Part shown: piece after piece, positions 35,362 to 44,636 of the stretch
Position numbering within the stretch: position 1 is the first letter of the stretch
How the letters are laid out: each line of letters starts with the position of its first letter
IMG/VR virus record: IMGVR_UViG_3300048881_000104
Location: 1 to 48,062 of that record
Source: a virus
Taxonomy: Duplodnaviria > Caudoviricetes
Reading direction: 5' to 3' (one strand)
DNA: 48,062 nucleotides
Made by a program: the position numbers and the translations under genes
Notes under the pieces: model-generated
Seen by the model: only the letters and a program-made list of their open reading frames with translations
What the model was told of the DNA's origin: nothing
The model's database searches: none

Positions 35362-36126
35362 ATGAGTGAATTGATGTATCCCGTGGAAATTATTAATCTT
35401 CCCAGTGCAGGGAAATATTATCCAAAGGGTAATCCGTTACGAGAAAATGGTGGTCAGTTAGAAGTAAAGTATATGACTGCTAAAGAAGAGGACATTTTAA
35501 CAAGTACCAACCTAATAGCAAATGGTACGGTTATGGATCGGTTGTTGGAAAGCATAGTGGTTCACGGTGGTGTTAATCCCATTGAATTAACTACCGGAGA
35601 TGTTAATGCTGTTTTGATTGCTGCTAGGGTTTTAGCATATGGTAAGGATTATGAAGTAACAATTAATTGTGAAGAATGTGAAGGAAGTATTGATGCTCTA
35701 GTAGATTTAAGTCAACTGGAAAGTCCAGATGATTTGGTCGAGGTAGATGATGAGGGACATCACCATTTCACTACTGATACAGGGTTGGATGTTGTTATCA
35801 GATCAATGACCCGTAAGGATGAACTTACTGCAGAAAAGAATGAAAAAATATTACAAACAAAATATAATAAAAAAGTTTCGTCAATTATAACTTCTAGGTT
35901 AAAACTTATTATTGTTTCTATTAATGGAGAAACTGATAAGAATATGCTGTCGAGTATGATAGACAATTTGGTTGTTAAGGACTCTCAAAAAATTAGACAA
36001 GAGTTTAGTAAAATTAATCCATCGATTGACATGACAATGGAAGTTACTTGTAGTGACTGTGATCATGTGATGAAAGGGGGTATACCCATTGGGGTAGACT
36101 TTTTTTGGCCTGAGATCGAAGTATAA
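35362..36126 (+). CDS. Baseplate hub / tail assembly chaperone (gp26-like)
   Basis: LPSAGKYY, MTAKEEDILT, ARVLAYGKDY, CxxC pairs, ends DFFWP. TATTTATA 29 nt upstream. Confidence 0.8.
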   Translation: MSELMYPVEIINLPSAGKYYPKGNPLRENGGQLEVKYMTAKEEDILTSTNLIANGTVMDRLLESIVVHGGVNPIELTTGDVNAVLIAARVLAYGKDYEVTINCEECEGSIDALVDLSQLESPDDLVEVDDEGHHHFTTDTGLDVVIRSMTRKDELTAEKNEKILQTKYNKKVSSIITSRLKLIIVSINGETDKNMLSSMIDNLVVKDSQKIRQEFSKINPSIDMTMEVTCSDCDHVMKGGIPIGVDFFWPEIEV

Positions 36127-36307
36127 ATTACAGGTACATGACACAATAATTACTCTTTGTATGAATATAAAGGGGTTTTCTTATGAAACTTGGTATAATA
36201 TGCCAGTTCATTTAAGATCTCATTATCTATCGGTTATAAAAAAGAAAGTAGAGGAACAGAATAAGCGAATTAAGAAGCAAGCGCGATCTATTTATCAAGA
36301 CAAGTAA
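36101..36307 (+). CDS. Unannotated gp51-like / GT-like chaperone extension in the +1 frame, probably reached by frameshift
   Basis: Translates FFGLRSKYKLQVHDTIITLCMNIKGFSYETWYNMPVHLRSHYLSVIKKKVEEQNKRIKKQARSIYQDK*. The frame opens only after TAG at 36095-36097. Confidence 0.7.
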   Translation, partial: FFGLRSKYKLQVHDTIITLCMNIKGFSYETWYNMPVHLRSHYLSVIKKKVEEQNKRIKKQARSIYQDK

Positions 36308-36322
36308 ATAAGGAATTAAACA

Positions 36323-37951
36323 ATGGCCCAAGTATTTGACGTTTCTGATAATTCATTAGCATCTATTGAAGGCATTGTTTCTCCTTTAATAGAGAGTATG
36401 GATGCTCTTGCTGAAAGGCTTGAGACTTCCTCAGAACAAAACAAAAAAACGGGCAAGAAGCAAAACGATTCCCGACAAAAAACAACATCGGCCCTTAATC
36501 ATCTATCATTTAACATTCCCGGCATGGGCGGTACTCGTCTTTTCGGCGCGGGATCTTTTTTAGACGCAGTTAATAAACAAGAAACTGTTATGGGGAAGCT
36601 TACGGTAGGTTTCGGCCAGATGGCTGTGGCTGTTTATGCCGCTACTGAAGGACTCCGTGCATTAGGTAGGTCTTTGGGTGGTGTGACATCGGGCCAAGCT
36701 CTCTCCACAGGAATCGGAGCGCTGCTTCAGACAGTTAGAGGAAGTCCAGAGGGGCTTCGACTCCGTGGAATGGGTTCGATGATACGCGCACAAGGCGCAT
36801 TTTCTGGAGAATTCGGAGGAATGCTTAGTACTGGAGCTATGGGAAGACAAACTGATATGGCAAACGACTTGGGCATATCTGTACAAGAGTTGACACAACT
36901 CCAGAGAGTTTTCCAAACGATGACCCCCGATATAAGAAATTCCGTAGATTCGTTTAAGGAGTCGGGGATAACGGGTAGAGTTGCTGCTAAAGAAATGGTT
37001 AAAGCTTCTGATGCAATAGCCTTGGCTGGAGATGACTTTAATGAGTTTATTAAGGACGGTATTGTAAATTCTAAAAAGCTTGGGTTTGAATTCATGAAAA
37101 TACACAAGCAATTAACTGGGTTTACTATGGACTTTGAGGGAACTGTAAGTTCATTTTCACAATTAAGAGCAGTACTGCCAGGGTTTGCAACTGATTTCGG
37201 CCAATTAATGACTACCGCATTAAGTGGAAACCAAGAGGAATACATTGAACAGCTTAGAACGGGGTTGGCTGGAGCAGGTATCACTTCCGCTAGTGATTTA
37301 AATCTCCAACAGGGTGCTATATTATCACAAGCAACCGGATTCTCTCCCGCTGAAATAGATAGATTGTTGAAGGGTGAAGATGTTATGTTGGAAACAGTAG
37401 ATCTTGATACGACTCGAAATTCTTTGTTAGGTGAGATAATAACTGCTATTACCTTTGGAACTGGAGCAATTGTAACAAATATAGTATTGGCGTCTAGGGC
37501 TGGCAAGCTCACAGGACTTTTTGGAGGCCCAGCTGGACCATTAACAAAAGCTGGTCGGCCAGATATGAGGTTTGCAGCTAACAGAGTCACGGGGTTAGCT
37601 AGGTTTGCTCCGTGGTTGGCGAGGGGAGCTGTGGGAGCTCTGGGAATGACCGGAGTAGGTGCATTAGCTTTAGGAGCCGGACTCGCTGGGTATGCGGGAT
37701 ATAGACATTATAAGAATAAGAAAGCAAATGATTTTATTCTTAGAGATGGCGAACTTATAGATATTAATAATAATGATTTAATCGGGGTATTGCCTCAAAA
37801 CGCAGGTGGTTCTGGCGGAGCGGCTATGCGAAGACAAACTGAGGCTATTAATAAACTTGCACGGGTTATGTCTGGTCCACAAGAGATCAATTTGAAAAAC
37901 TGGAGACAGGCTGAACGTTCAGCAATGGACGCTTCTATTAGGGAGGCTTAA
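36323..37951 (+). CDS. Tape measure-like protein
   Basis: Ala/Gly-rich helical protein with hydrophobic C-terminal segments, placed between chaperone and baseplate genes. Confidence 0.7.
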   Translation: MAQVFDVSDNSLASIEGIVSPLIESMDALAERLETSSEQNKKTGKKQNDSRQKTTSALNHLSFNIPGMGGTRLFGAGSFLDAVNKQETVMGKLTVGFGQMAVAVYAATEGLRALGRSLGGVTSGQALSTGIGALLQTVRGSPEGLRLRGMGSMIRAQGAFSGEFGGMLSTGAMGRQTDMANDLGISVQELTQLQRVFQTMTPDIRNSVDSFKESGITGRVAAKEMVKASDAIALAGDDFNEFIKDGIVNSKKLGFEFMKIHKQLTGFTMDFEGTVSSFSQLRAVLPGFATDFGQLMTTALSGNQEEYIEQLRTGLAGAGITSASDLNLQQGAILSQATGFSPAEIDRLLKGEDVMLETVDLDTTRNSLLGEIITAITFGTGAIVTNIVLASRAGKLTGLFGGPAGPLTKAGRPDMRFAANRVTGLARFAPWLARGAVGALGMTGVGALALGAGLAGYAGYRHYKNKKANDFILRDGELIDINNNDLIGVLPQNAGGSGGAAMRRQTEAINKLARVMSGPQEINLKNWRQAERSAMDASIREA

Positions 37952-40437
37952 TGGCTAAGTTAAACGGACACTTATGGAAAATATTTGATGAACGTCATAA
38001 GAAGGGACAAATATATAGAAAAGCTTCTGATGGAGCGCGTGTATTACCAGTAAGAGAAGTGGACGCTGACCACCCATTACATTATGTTTATCCAGATGGA
38101 GAACAGATTACTTCACGCCCAAAGAAAAGGAATCTTTTCAATCGAGCCCTTGATGCTGTTGTTGGAAGAAAAGACAATAAAGGCCCAACCGCTTGGAATA
38201 AAGATTTAATAGGTGAAATAAAAAATGATGAAGTATTTGCTGAAGAGTCTGTAAGTGTAACTAGAGATAGAAGTAGAATTCTAAATTTCGAAGCAACACA
38301 GATTGGTGCCAGATTTTTAGATAAACAAATAGATTTACAACGAACCAATACTTTTATTCATGCCAGAGATTATAGAAAAGACAATATAATAGATCATGTT
38401 GATCCACTAACACACAAACCAAGACACGGATCTACAATTTCAATTGAATCTGCAAAAAATCTGATTGCTATGCCGGGAGAGTTTGCGTACATACCACAGA
38501 ATATTGGAAGACTGCAAGGTGAAACTGTAGATAATCTTATTTCTAGTTTCGGTCCTGTTTATTACAGACTAAATTCTAGAGAAGGAATGTTGAATGCAGA
38601 ATTAACCATTCTTAAAATGGGTGCTGCGAAAGTTCGCCAACTTGGAGCTGGTTTCATAAACAAGAAACTGGCCTTTTTAAATAGACCGATTCAGCAAGCT
38701 AGAGTACGGTTGACCGGAGCTGCTACAGTTAAAGATAGACCTGAAATTGAATATAAATATTTAGAACAACTTTGGGAAGCTAATAAGGCTGTGGAAGCTG
38801 CTAATAAAGTACAAAAATATGGTCAAATTTATTTAGGATTATCTTCACAAGATGAGGCCTCTCCCTCTAGAACATATAACGGTACGTTCCGCGGCGGCTC
38901 GTGGAGCTCTGGTCTTGGGCTTCAAGGTTATGTAAGTTTGAAGATATCTGATCAATCTTTAAAAAACATGAGTGGTGTTAGGTGGCTTGACAAATTACGT
39001 TCATTTGATGCATCTGAAACCTTTGATAAAATACAATCTAAAGTTAGTAAGAAACTAGGAGGTTGGGTAACTGGTGGTATTAGAGGAATCAGCAATAAGC
39101 TTGGGTATGAGATCTCAGACAAAACAATTAATGCTATTAAAGGAATTGGTGGTCAGTTCTTACCCAAAGCACATGATATTCATATTCTTAGAACCCTAAG
39201 AAGATTTACTGTTGATATTGACGATATTATTGATCGGGTAAATACAGAAGTTGGTTCGGTTCTTGGTCATTTCAACGATCCTCTTGCTCCACCTAAAGCC
39301 GCTGATTTGTACATACTATATCAAAAAAGTAAGAATTCAACACCCCGCGGACCTGCAAAAGAGATCGACATTTCGGCCAAGATTGGTACAAATAGTGAGT
39401 ATATAAGAAAGTATATTGATGAAATATCAAAATATAAGGGAAAGAATACGAAGCTTTCGATAGGTATTAATCCCGAAGGTGGTGCTACATCACCGACAGA
39501 TTATGGGAAGATGGGGTTTGCAGGACCACGACAAGGACACGGGGATGACGATACTGTTTGGGAAGCCAATCCGCGAGAAAAACGATATTATAAAGATTAT
39601 ATGCAAATTAATCGGGCCCGGGCAGGTTCTATTTTTAGAGAACCTGGCGATCCAATGGATTCCGATTCTATTGATGTTATATTTCAAGTCATGGGTACAG
39701 AAAATGAAGAAGTTAGATTTAGAGCTTTTATTGAGGATATAGGAGAAACAGTAACACCCACATATAATGAAAACAAATATATTGGTCGTTATGAAACATT
39801 TTATACTTACGATAAGGTAATTAGAAACGTATCTTTTCAATTAAGATTACAGGCATTTTCTATAGAAGAACGGGAACACATAATGGAAAAGATGGCTTAT
39901 TTAACAAGTTTAGCTTATCCAGAAAGTTCTAATAATTATTTGACTCCATTAGTAGCAAATTTAACTATTGGACGGATTTATAAGAAACAACCATGCATAC
40001 TTCAAGGACTGTCTCATTCAATCGAATCAGACACATCTTGGGATATAGATTATCAAACACCCATGTCGATAGTTTGTTCAGTAGATGTGAGATTGTTGGA
40101 TAAAGAAGTTTATACAAATCAGAATATGAAAGGAGCCGATTGGCCATTTGGTTTATATTTGAGACGAGTTATGAAGCAGCCTCTCCCCCCTGCTCCGATT
40201 GCAGCACCAATGGAGCCCGATTTAGATATTGGGGGTGTTGATTTAACTTCTGTTGCGGACCAAGATACTGCACTATCATATGCAGAAGCATCTCCCGCAC
40301 GTCAAAGTCCTTCTGATGCTCTTGCTATGACAGCAGCAAAAAAACAAAGAAAGTCTGATTATAAAGCGGCCGCAGCTGCTTCACGCAAGGAGCGGGCCGG
40401 CCGAGCTTTACAGGCGTATGGTAGGAGGGGAGGATAA
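37951..40437 (+). CDS. Baseplate / tail-tube initiator protein (gp48/gp54-like C-terminal domain)
   Basis: VRFRAFIEDIGETVTPTYNENKYIGRYETFYTYDKVIRNVSF...YP...PLVANLTIG..SWDI tube-like domain after a long N-terminal region. Confidence 0.65.
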   Translation: MAKLNGHLWKIFDERHKKGQIYRKASDGARVLPVREVDADHPLHYVYPDGEQITSRPKKRNLFNRALDAVVGRKDNKGPTAWNKDLIGEIKNDEVFAEESVSVTRDRSRILNFEATQIGARFLDKQIDLQRTNTFIHARDYRKDNIIDHVDPLTHKPRHGSTISIESAKNLIAMPGEFAYIPQNIGRLQGETVDNLISSFGPVYYRLNSREGMLNAELTILKMGAAKVRQLGAGFINKKLAFLNRPIQQARVRLTGAATVKDRPEIEYKYLEQLWEANKAVEAANKVQKYGQIYLGLSSQDEASPSRTYNGTFRGGSWSSGLGLQGYVSLKISDQSLKNMSGVRWLDKLRSFDASETFDKIQSKVSKKLGGWVTGGIRGISNKLGYEISDKTINAIKGIGGQFLPKAHDIHILRTLRRFTVDIDDIIDRVNTEVGSVLGHFNDPLAPPKAADLYILYQKSKNSTPRGPAKEIDISAKIGTNSEYIRKYIDEISKYKGKNTKLSIGINPEGGATSPTDYGKMGFAGPRQGHGDDDTVWEANPREKRYYKDYMQINRARAGSIFREPGDPMDSDSIDVIFQVMGTENEEVRFRAFIEDIGETVTPTYNENKYIGRYETFYTYDKVIRNVSFQLRLQAFSIEEREHIMEKMAYLTSLAYPESSNNYLTPLVANLTIGRIYKKQPCILQGLSHSIESDTSWDIDYQTPMSIVCSVDVRLLDKEVYTNQNMKGADWPFGLYLRRVMKQPLPPAPIAAPMEPDLDIGGVDLTSVADQDTALSYAEASPARQSPSDALAMTAAKKQRKSDYKAAAAASRKERAGRALQAYGRRGG

Positions 40438-40440
40438 CCT

Positions 40441-40704
40441 ATGAAACGTTTTAAAGAGATTAGACTTCAACATGTTCGTGGTCGGGGCGATGTATATAAA
40501 ATTTCACTAACCGATTCATTTCCTACCAATACAACAATATTGACCACATATACACCACAAGAAAAAGAAAGATTAGATATGATTGCTGATAAGTTTTATG
40601 GTGACAGTTCTAAGTGGTATGTAATTGCAAGAGCAAATAAAGAAGTAACGGGTAATATATACACAACTCCCGGCAAAGATTTAGTTATACCAAGGATAGA
40701 GTAA
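40441..40704 (+). CDS. LysM-like baseplate protein (gp53/tail X-like)
   Basis: ERLDMIADKFYGDSSKWYVIARAN...PGKDLVIP. Confidence 0.85.
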   Translation: MKRFKEIRLQHVRGRGDVYKISLTDSFPTNTTILTTYTPQEKERLDMIADKFYGDSSKWYVIARANKEVTGNIYTTPGKDLVIPRIE

Positions 40705-43700
40705 TGGCTATATTTGATAGAACATTTGCACCCAAAGTACAACTTGAATTAATTCGTAGAAAACTAAAAATTACTGGGGTTCAAAATGTAATGGTTCCTC
40801 ATGTAAGGGTGACTTCTCTCGTTGAGGGTACTTTATATGGAAGACAATTACATGGGTTTACGTTGGGTAATGTTGATATAAAGAAAACACCAACCATTGA
40901 TGACTATTTTAATACCAAAGGACAAGGAACCGCCGTTGGACTAACATATAATGGACCAAATGATACGGCTGAGAAGGTCGTATTAGATACTGGAAATAAA
41001 AAGCTACCTCCCCCTGGCGTAACTAATGTGTCAATATCGACACAATCTACAGGGGGTTTTATTTTTAAGGCTACGGTATCTTTAAAATTCTATGGAAAAG
41101 AGCAATATGATTTTATTTACCAAACGATGCTGCGGCCAGGAAATCCAATTTTTGTAGAATATGGTCATACTCATATGAAAGAAAGTGAAAAAGATTTGGG
41201 ATTTTTTCAAGAATTAAATGGAACTTTAATTGAGAGTTTGAAACAAAACTTAAGAGACAATAGACCATTTAAGGCAAGTACAAACTCTGGTCGAGTTCTA
41301 GGCTTGGTGTCTAATTTTAGAGTTCGGTTAAATGAACAAAATGAGTATGAAGCAGAAATAGAATTAATAAATTCATTAGAATTTTTGTTTACAATATCTC
41401 CTGAAGATACTTTTTTAGATTATGGTCCATTGTCGGGAGATCAGCAGGGAGGATTAAAATATCTTTCAAAATCTATAAGATCTAATTTTGGGTGGGAGAA
41501 GGGCGAGGATTATGATCCTAAGATGGATAATATATTTAAAAAAGTTTTAGATGATGCTTTAACCCGCCCGGAAGAAGAGTTTATAGGTGATGAACAAAGT
41601 AATGTTTTGGTGGAAGAAAATCCCGATTGGAGAAAGTATATTATAATACCTTATGGAATTGGTGGCACCACGGGAGCAAAAGATGGATCGGGAGATTGGG
41701 ATATGTCCACAGATGAGTCGGAAAAGAGATCTTCTGATGCTATGGAAAATTCGGGTAATGTTTATATATCGTTAAGTTATTTTTTTAAAAAATTATTAAA
41801 TGATATATTAGAAATATCATATTATGATAGGGAACATGCTGGTCAAGCTAATATGGCAGCAGATGCTATGGGAAATCATAATTTTACTCAAATAGAAATT
41901 GATCGTGCTCGGCCGGAGATAGAACAAGAGATGGACAATTTAAGCGAGTATGACAAGATCTGGTCGCGTGAAAATTGGTCTGCGATGGAGGGTTACGATG
42001 ATGACGAAGAAATTAACGCAGCAGGTGTTGAACTTCCATATTCTGGTGGTCGGAAGGTGATGACTCAACATGAGATCCAACGGCGATATAATGAATTAGA
42101 AGCACTACTTGACGATCCAGAGTCACAATCTTCTAAGATTACAGAGTCGGCTGAACTTGGCGAGTCAGCCACCTCTACTGAGGTTTCATTAACTACGAAT
42201 AGAGATTTTGTAGGATATTGGCCAATGTTAAGATCCGTTAATGTGAAAAACGTTATAATAAACAATCTTAATATCTATAATGATTATTCGGATAAGACAA
42301 CAGCTGCGGAAGAGGGGGAAATGAAAAGTGGTTCGACTATAGTCGAAGAGCCAACAAAACGGAAAAAGCACAATGGTATTGATTATGCTTGGCCAGGCTG
42401 TAGTGGAGCACCAGTGGGAGCTTGTGCTGATGGAACGGTTGTTGATTTTCGGAAATCAGATTCTTTTGGAAATGTGGTAGAGATTTTACATGACGATGGA
42501 TTTTATTCATTATATGCTCATTTGGAAAGGTTTGCTGGTAATATGCGAGTACATTTGCCGGTTAAAACAGGTGATGTTATTGGTTATGTCGGCAACACGG
42601 GTAGGTCAACGGGGGCTCATTTACATTTTGAGTTGTCAAAGGGTGGAAAGCCCATCTATAAAGGCGGAAAAGGTATAGATCCACTCAAGCCGGCGGTAGG
42701 CCCTAGTGGATATCAACCTCCGTTTGGGAAAACTAACGTAACAAGCCGATACGGTCTGCGTGACAGTCCTTTTCCAGCTGCTCCCGTTGCTGCCCACCAC
42801 GATGACTCAAGACGGCCACCCAATCCCGATCTTCTTCATCACCCACGCGCTCCGATATCTGGTTATTTTTATAGACAGAGAGGAATACAAGATTATACGG
42901 ACAAATATCAAGATGATGAAATTATTAATTTGTTTAAATATGTTCCTTGGTGGGCTCCAGATCATGTCTCTAGATCAGGCACTGGAACTGTTGGGAAAGT
43001 TGCATATCAACCCCAGTGGACTTCTGGAAATTATCAGTCTAAAAGAACTAATTTTAATGGAATTTTTGTAAATTATGAAAAAGTTAGAAGTGCTTTTATA
43101 GGTTCAAAGTCTGTTGGAGAAGCTATTCAAAAAATATTAAATATGGTAAATACTGCTAGTAACGGTATTTTACAATTGAGAATGAGATATATGGATCATG
43201 TTGATATGTCTAATGTATCTGGAACACGGGAAATTGTTAGAGTTAATAAAATAAAAATTTATGATGAAAATGTTTTACCTAGTAAGAAAGAAGTAGAAGA
43301 AAAGGTACAACCATATCGTTTTTTTGAAGATAATGTTTCAGAAGCTATGTCTTATAATTTTGATTTTTCATTGCCGGGCTCAGTAGCTGCTACCGTTATG
43401 GCAAATACTTTTCAGGCTGACGAGATGAGTGCTGCTGGTGGTGATCCTCAAAGAAAGGCTTTGATATCTTATGGATATGCGTTGGATTCAAATCTCAATC
43501 CCGCTCTTACAAGTTTAGTAAATATAAATAATAGTGGCCAAGAGAGTGCAAATTCTCCTGTGAAAGCTAAGTTGACAGAAAAAGAATTAGCCGAAGAAGA
43601 TGAAAAACAAAGATCAACAGAAGATGTAGAAAAGGATGAATTTTATAGAGCCTTATTGGGGTATAGAGAGTTAGACCCCCCAAAGCAGAAAGCGTCCGTC

Positions 43701-44231
43701 CACCGTGCTGGTTTGTATAATGTTATACCAAGCGCGGGAAAAATTAATATAAGACTGCAAGGTCTAGATGGGTGGAGATTTGGGGACATGTTTACGGTTC
43801 ATAATGTTTTACCTCGACCGTATGATGGTAATAACGTTTTTATGGTGACGGGATATAAACATGACATAAATTCCCAAGGGTGGTTTACAGAAGTAGATGG
43901 TACTATGATTGCTTCTATACCAGATAATATAAAAGAAATTCAAACAGCACTATTCGCTTCAGATAACGAAGCTGGGGGTGGGTCGGCTGACGAACAGGAG
44001 GAACAGGCCCGATTGCAACAGTACCGCGAGAGAAGTGGAGTTACTTCCACTACAGCCGTAACTGGTGAAGGAGAAGGGGTTCTTACTGCTTGGGGATGGT
44101 ATGCCTATCAAGAGGACGATGTGGTTGAACGTATCCCCACAGATCGAAATGGTGTGTCTGGAACGCTCATTAATGTATATAGTGCTTCAGGAGATCACAT
44201 TGTTGGACCTGTATTTAGACCGAATACATAA
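40704..44231 (+). CDS. Baseplate hub protein with inserted M23 peptidase
   Basis: Hub-like LRPG..IFVEYG and FMVTGYKHDI..GWFTEV segments. M23 motifs HNGID, YAHL, GNTGRSTGAHLHFE at about 42369-42632. Confidence 0.8.
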   Translation: MAIFDRTFAPKVQLELIRRKLKITGVQNVMVPHVRVTSLVEGTLYGRQLHGFTLGNVDIKKTPTIDDYFNTKGQGTAVGLTYNGPNDTAEKVVLDTGNKKLPPPGVTNVSISTQSTGGFIFKATVSLKFYGKEQYDFIYQTMLRPGNPIFVEYGHTHMKESEKDLGFFQELNGTLIESLKQNLRDNRPFKASTNSGRVLGLVSNFRVRLNEQNEYEAEIELINSLEFLFTISPEDTFLDYGPLSGDQQGGLKYLSKSIRSNFGWEKGEDYDPKMDNIFKKVLDDALTRPEEEFIGDEQSNVLVEENPDWRKYIIIPYGIGGTTGAKDGSGDWDMSTDESEKRSSDAMENSGNVYISLSYFFKKLLNDILEISYYDREHAGQANMAADAMGNHNFTQIEIDRARPEIEQEMDNLSEYDKIWSRENWSAMEGYDDDEEINAAGVELPYSGGRKVMTQHEIQRRYNELEALLDDPESQSSKITESAELGESATSTEVSLTTNRDFVGYWPMLRSVNVKNVIINNLNIYNDYSDKTTAAEEGEMKSGSTIVEEPTKRKKHNGIDYAWPGCSGAPVGACADGTVVDFRKSDSFGNVVEILHDDGFYSLYAHLERFAGNMRVHLPVKTGDVIGYVGNTGRSTGAHLHFELSKGGKPIYKGGKGIDPLKPAVGPSGYQPPFGKTNVTSRYGLRDSPFPAAPVAAHHDDSRRPPNPDLLHHPRAPISGYFYRQRGIQDYTDKYQDDEIINLFKYVPWWAPDHVSRSGTGTVGKVAYQPQWTSGNYQSKRTNFNGIFVNYEKVRSAFIGSKSVGEAIQKILNMVNTASNGILQLRMRYMDHVDMSNVSGTREIVRVNKIKIYDENVLPSKKEVEEKVQPYRFFEDNVSEAMSYNFDFSLPGSVAATVMANTFQADEMSAAGGDPQRKALISYGYALDSNLNPALTSLVNINNSGQESANSPVKAKLTEKELAEEDEKQRSTEDVEKDEFYRALLGYRELDPPKQKASVHRAGLYNVIPSAGKINIRLQGLDGWRFGDMFTVHNVLPRPYDGNNVFMVTGYKHDINSQGWFTEVDGTMIASIPDNIKEIQTALFASDNEAGGGSADEQEEQARLQQYRERSGVTSTTAVTGEGEGVLTAWGWYAYQEDDVVERIPTDRNGVSGTLINVYSASGDHIVGPVFRPNT

Positions 44232-44243
44232 GGAGCTATAATT

Positions 44244-44636
44244 ATGTCATTTGCTGTTAATATACCAGATAATCCGTTAACGGAACAACAGATTACACAG
44301 GCTCATAGACAACGTGGATATGTTGCACGATATTTTGCTGCGAGAGCAAATCATATAAATCAAGAAGTATTTGAAATTACTCGTAGAGATTATGATAAAT
44401 TTTATAGCAATCAATATGTTATATTGGGCCATTTGAATTGGATCATTAAGGGTCCGTTGAGAGATAATACTATTCTCTTATATACAGGCAATCCTACATT
44501 TGAGGGAAGTAGAGAACCGATTACTATCCCAGGCATCTTGACACAGAACGCGGGCGCCGTTAGATTACTTAGTAAGAAAATACCAGTGATTAAAAATCAT
44601 CTTACCAATTATCAACAGTTTTATATCGGAACTTAA
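44244..44636 (+). CDS. Hypothetical protein
   Basis: AAGGAG SD. GYVARYF...FEI...W.I.G motif. Confidence 0.7.
   Translation: MSFAVNIPDNPLTEQQITQAHRQRGYVARYFAARANHINQEVFEITRRDYDKFYSNQYVILGHLNWIIKGPLRDNTILLYTGNPTFEGSREPITIPGILTQNAGAVRLLSKKIPVIKNHLTNYQQFYIGT

Noticed and set aside
36662-37590. Long antisense ORFs (287 and 149 aa) over the tape measure gene
   Set aside because: No SD, promoter or recognisable motif; expected shadows of a Gly/Ala-rich gene. The other minus-strand and nested ORFs in the track are rejected likewise, except 18178-18360.
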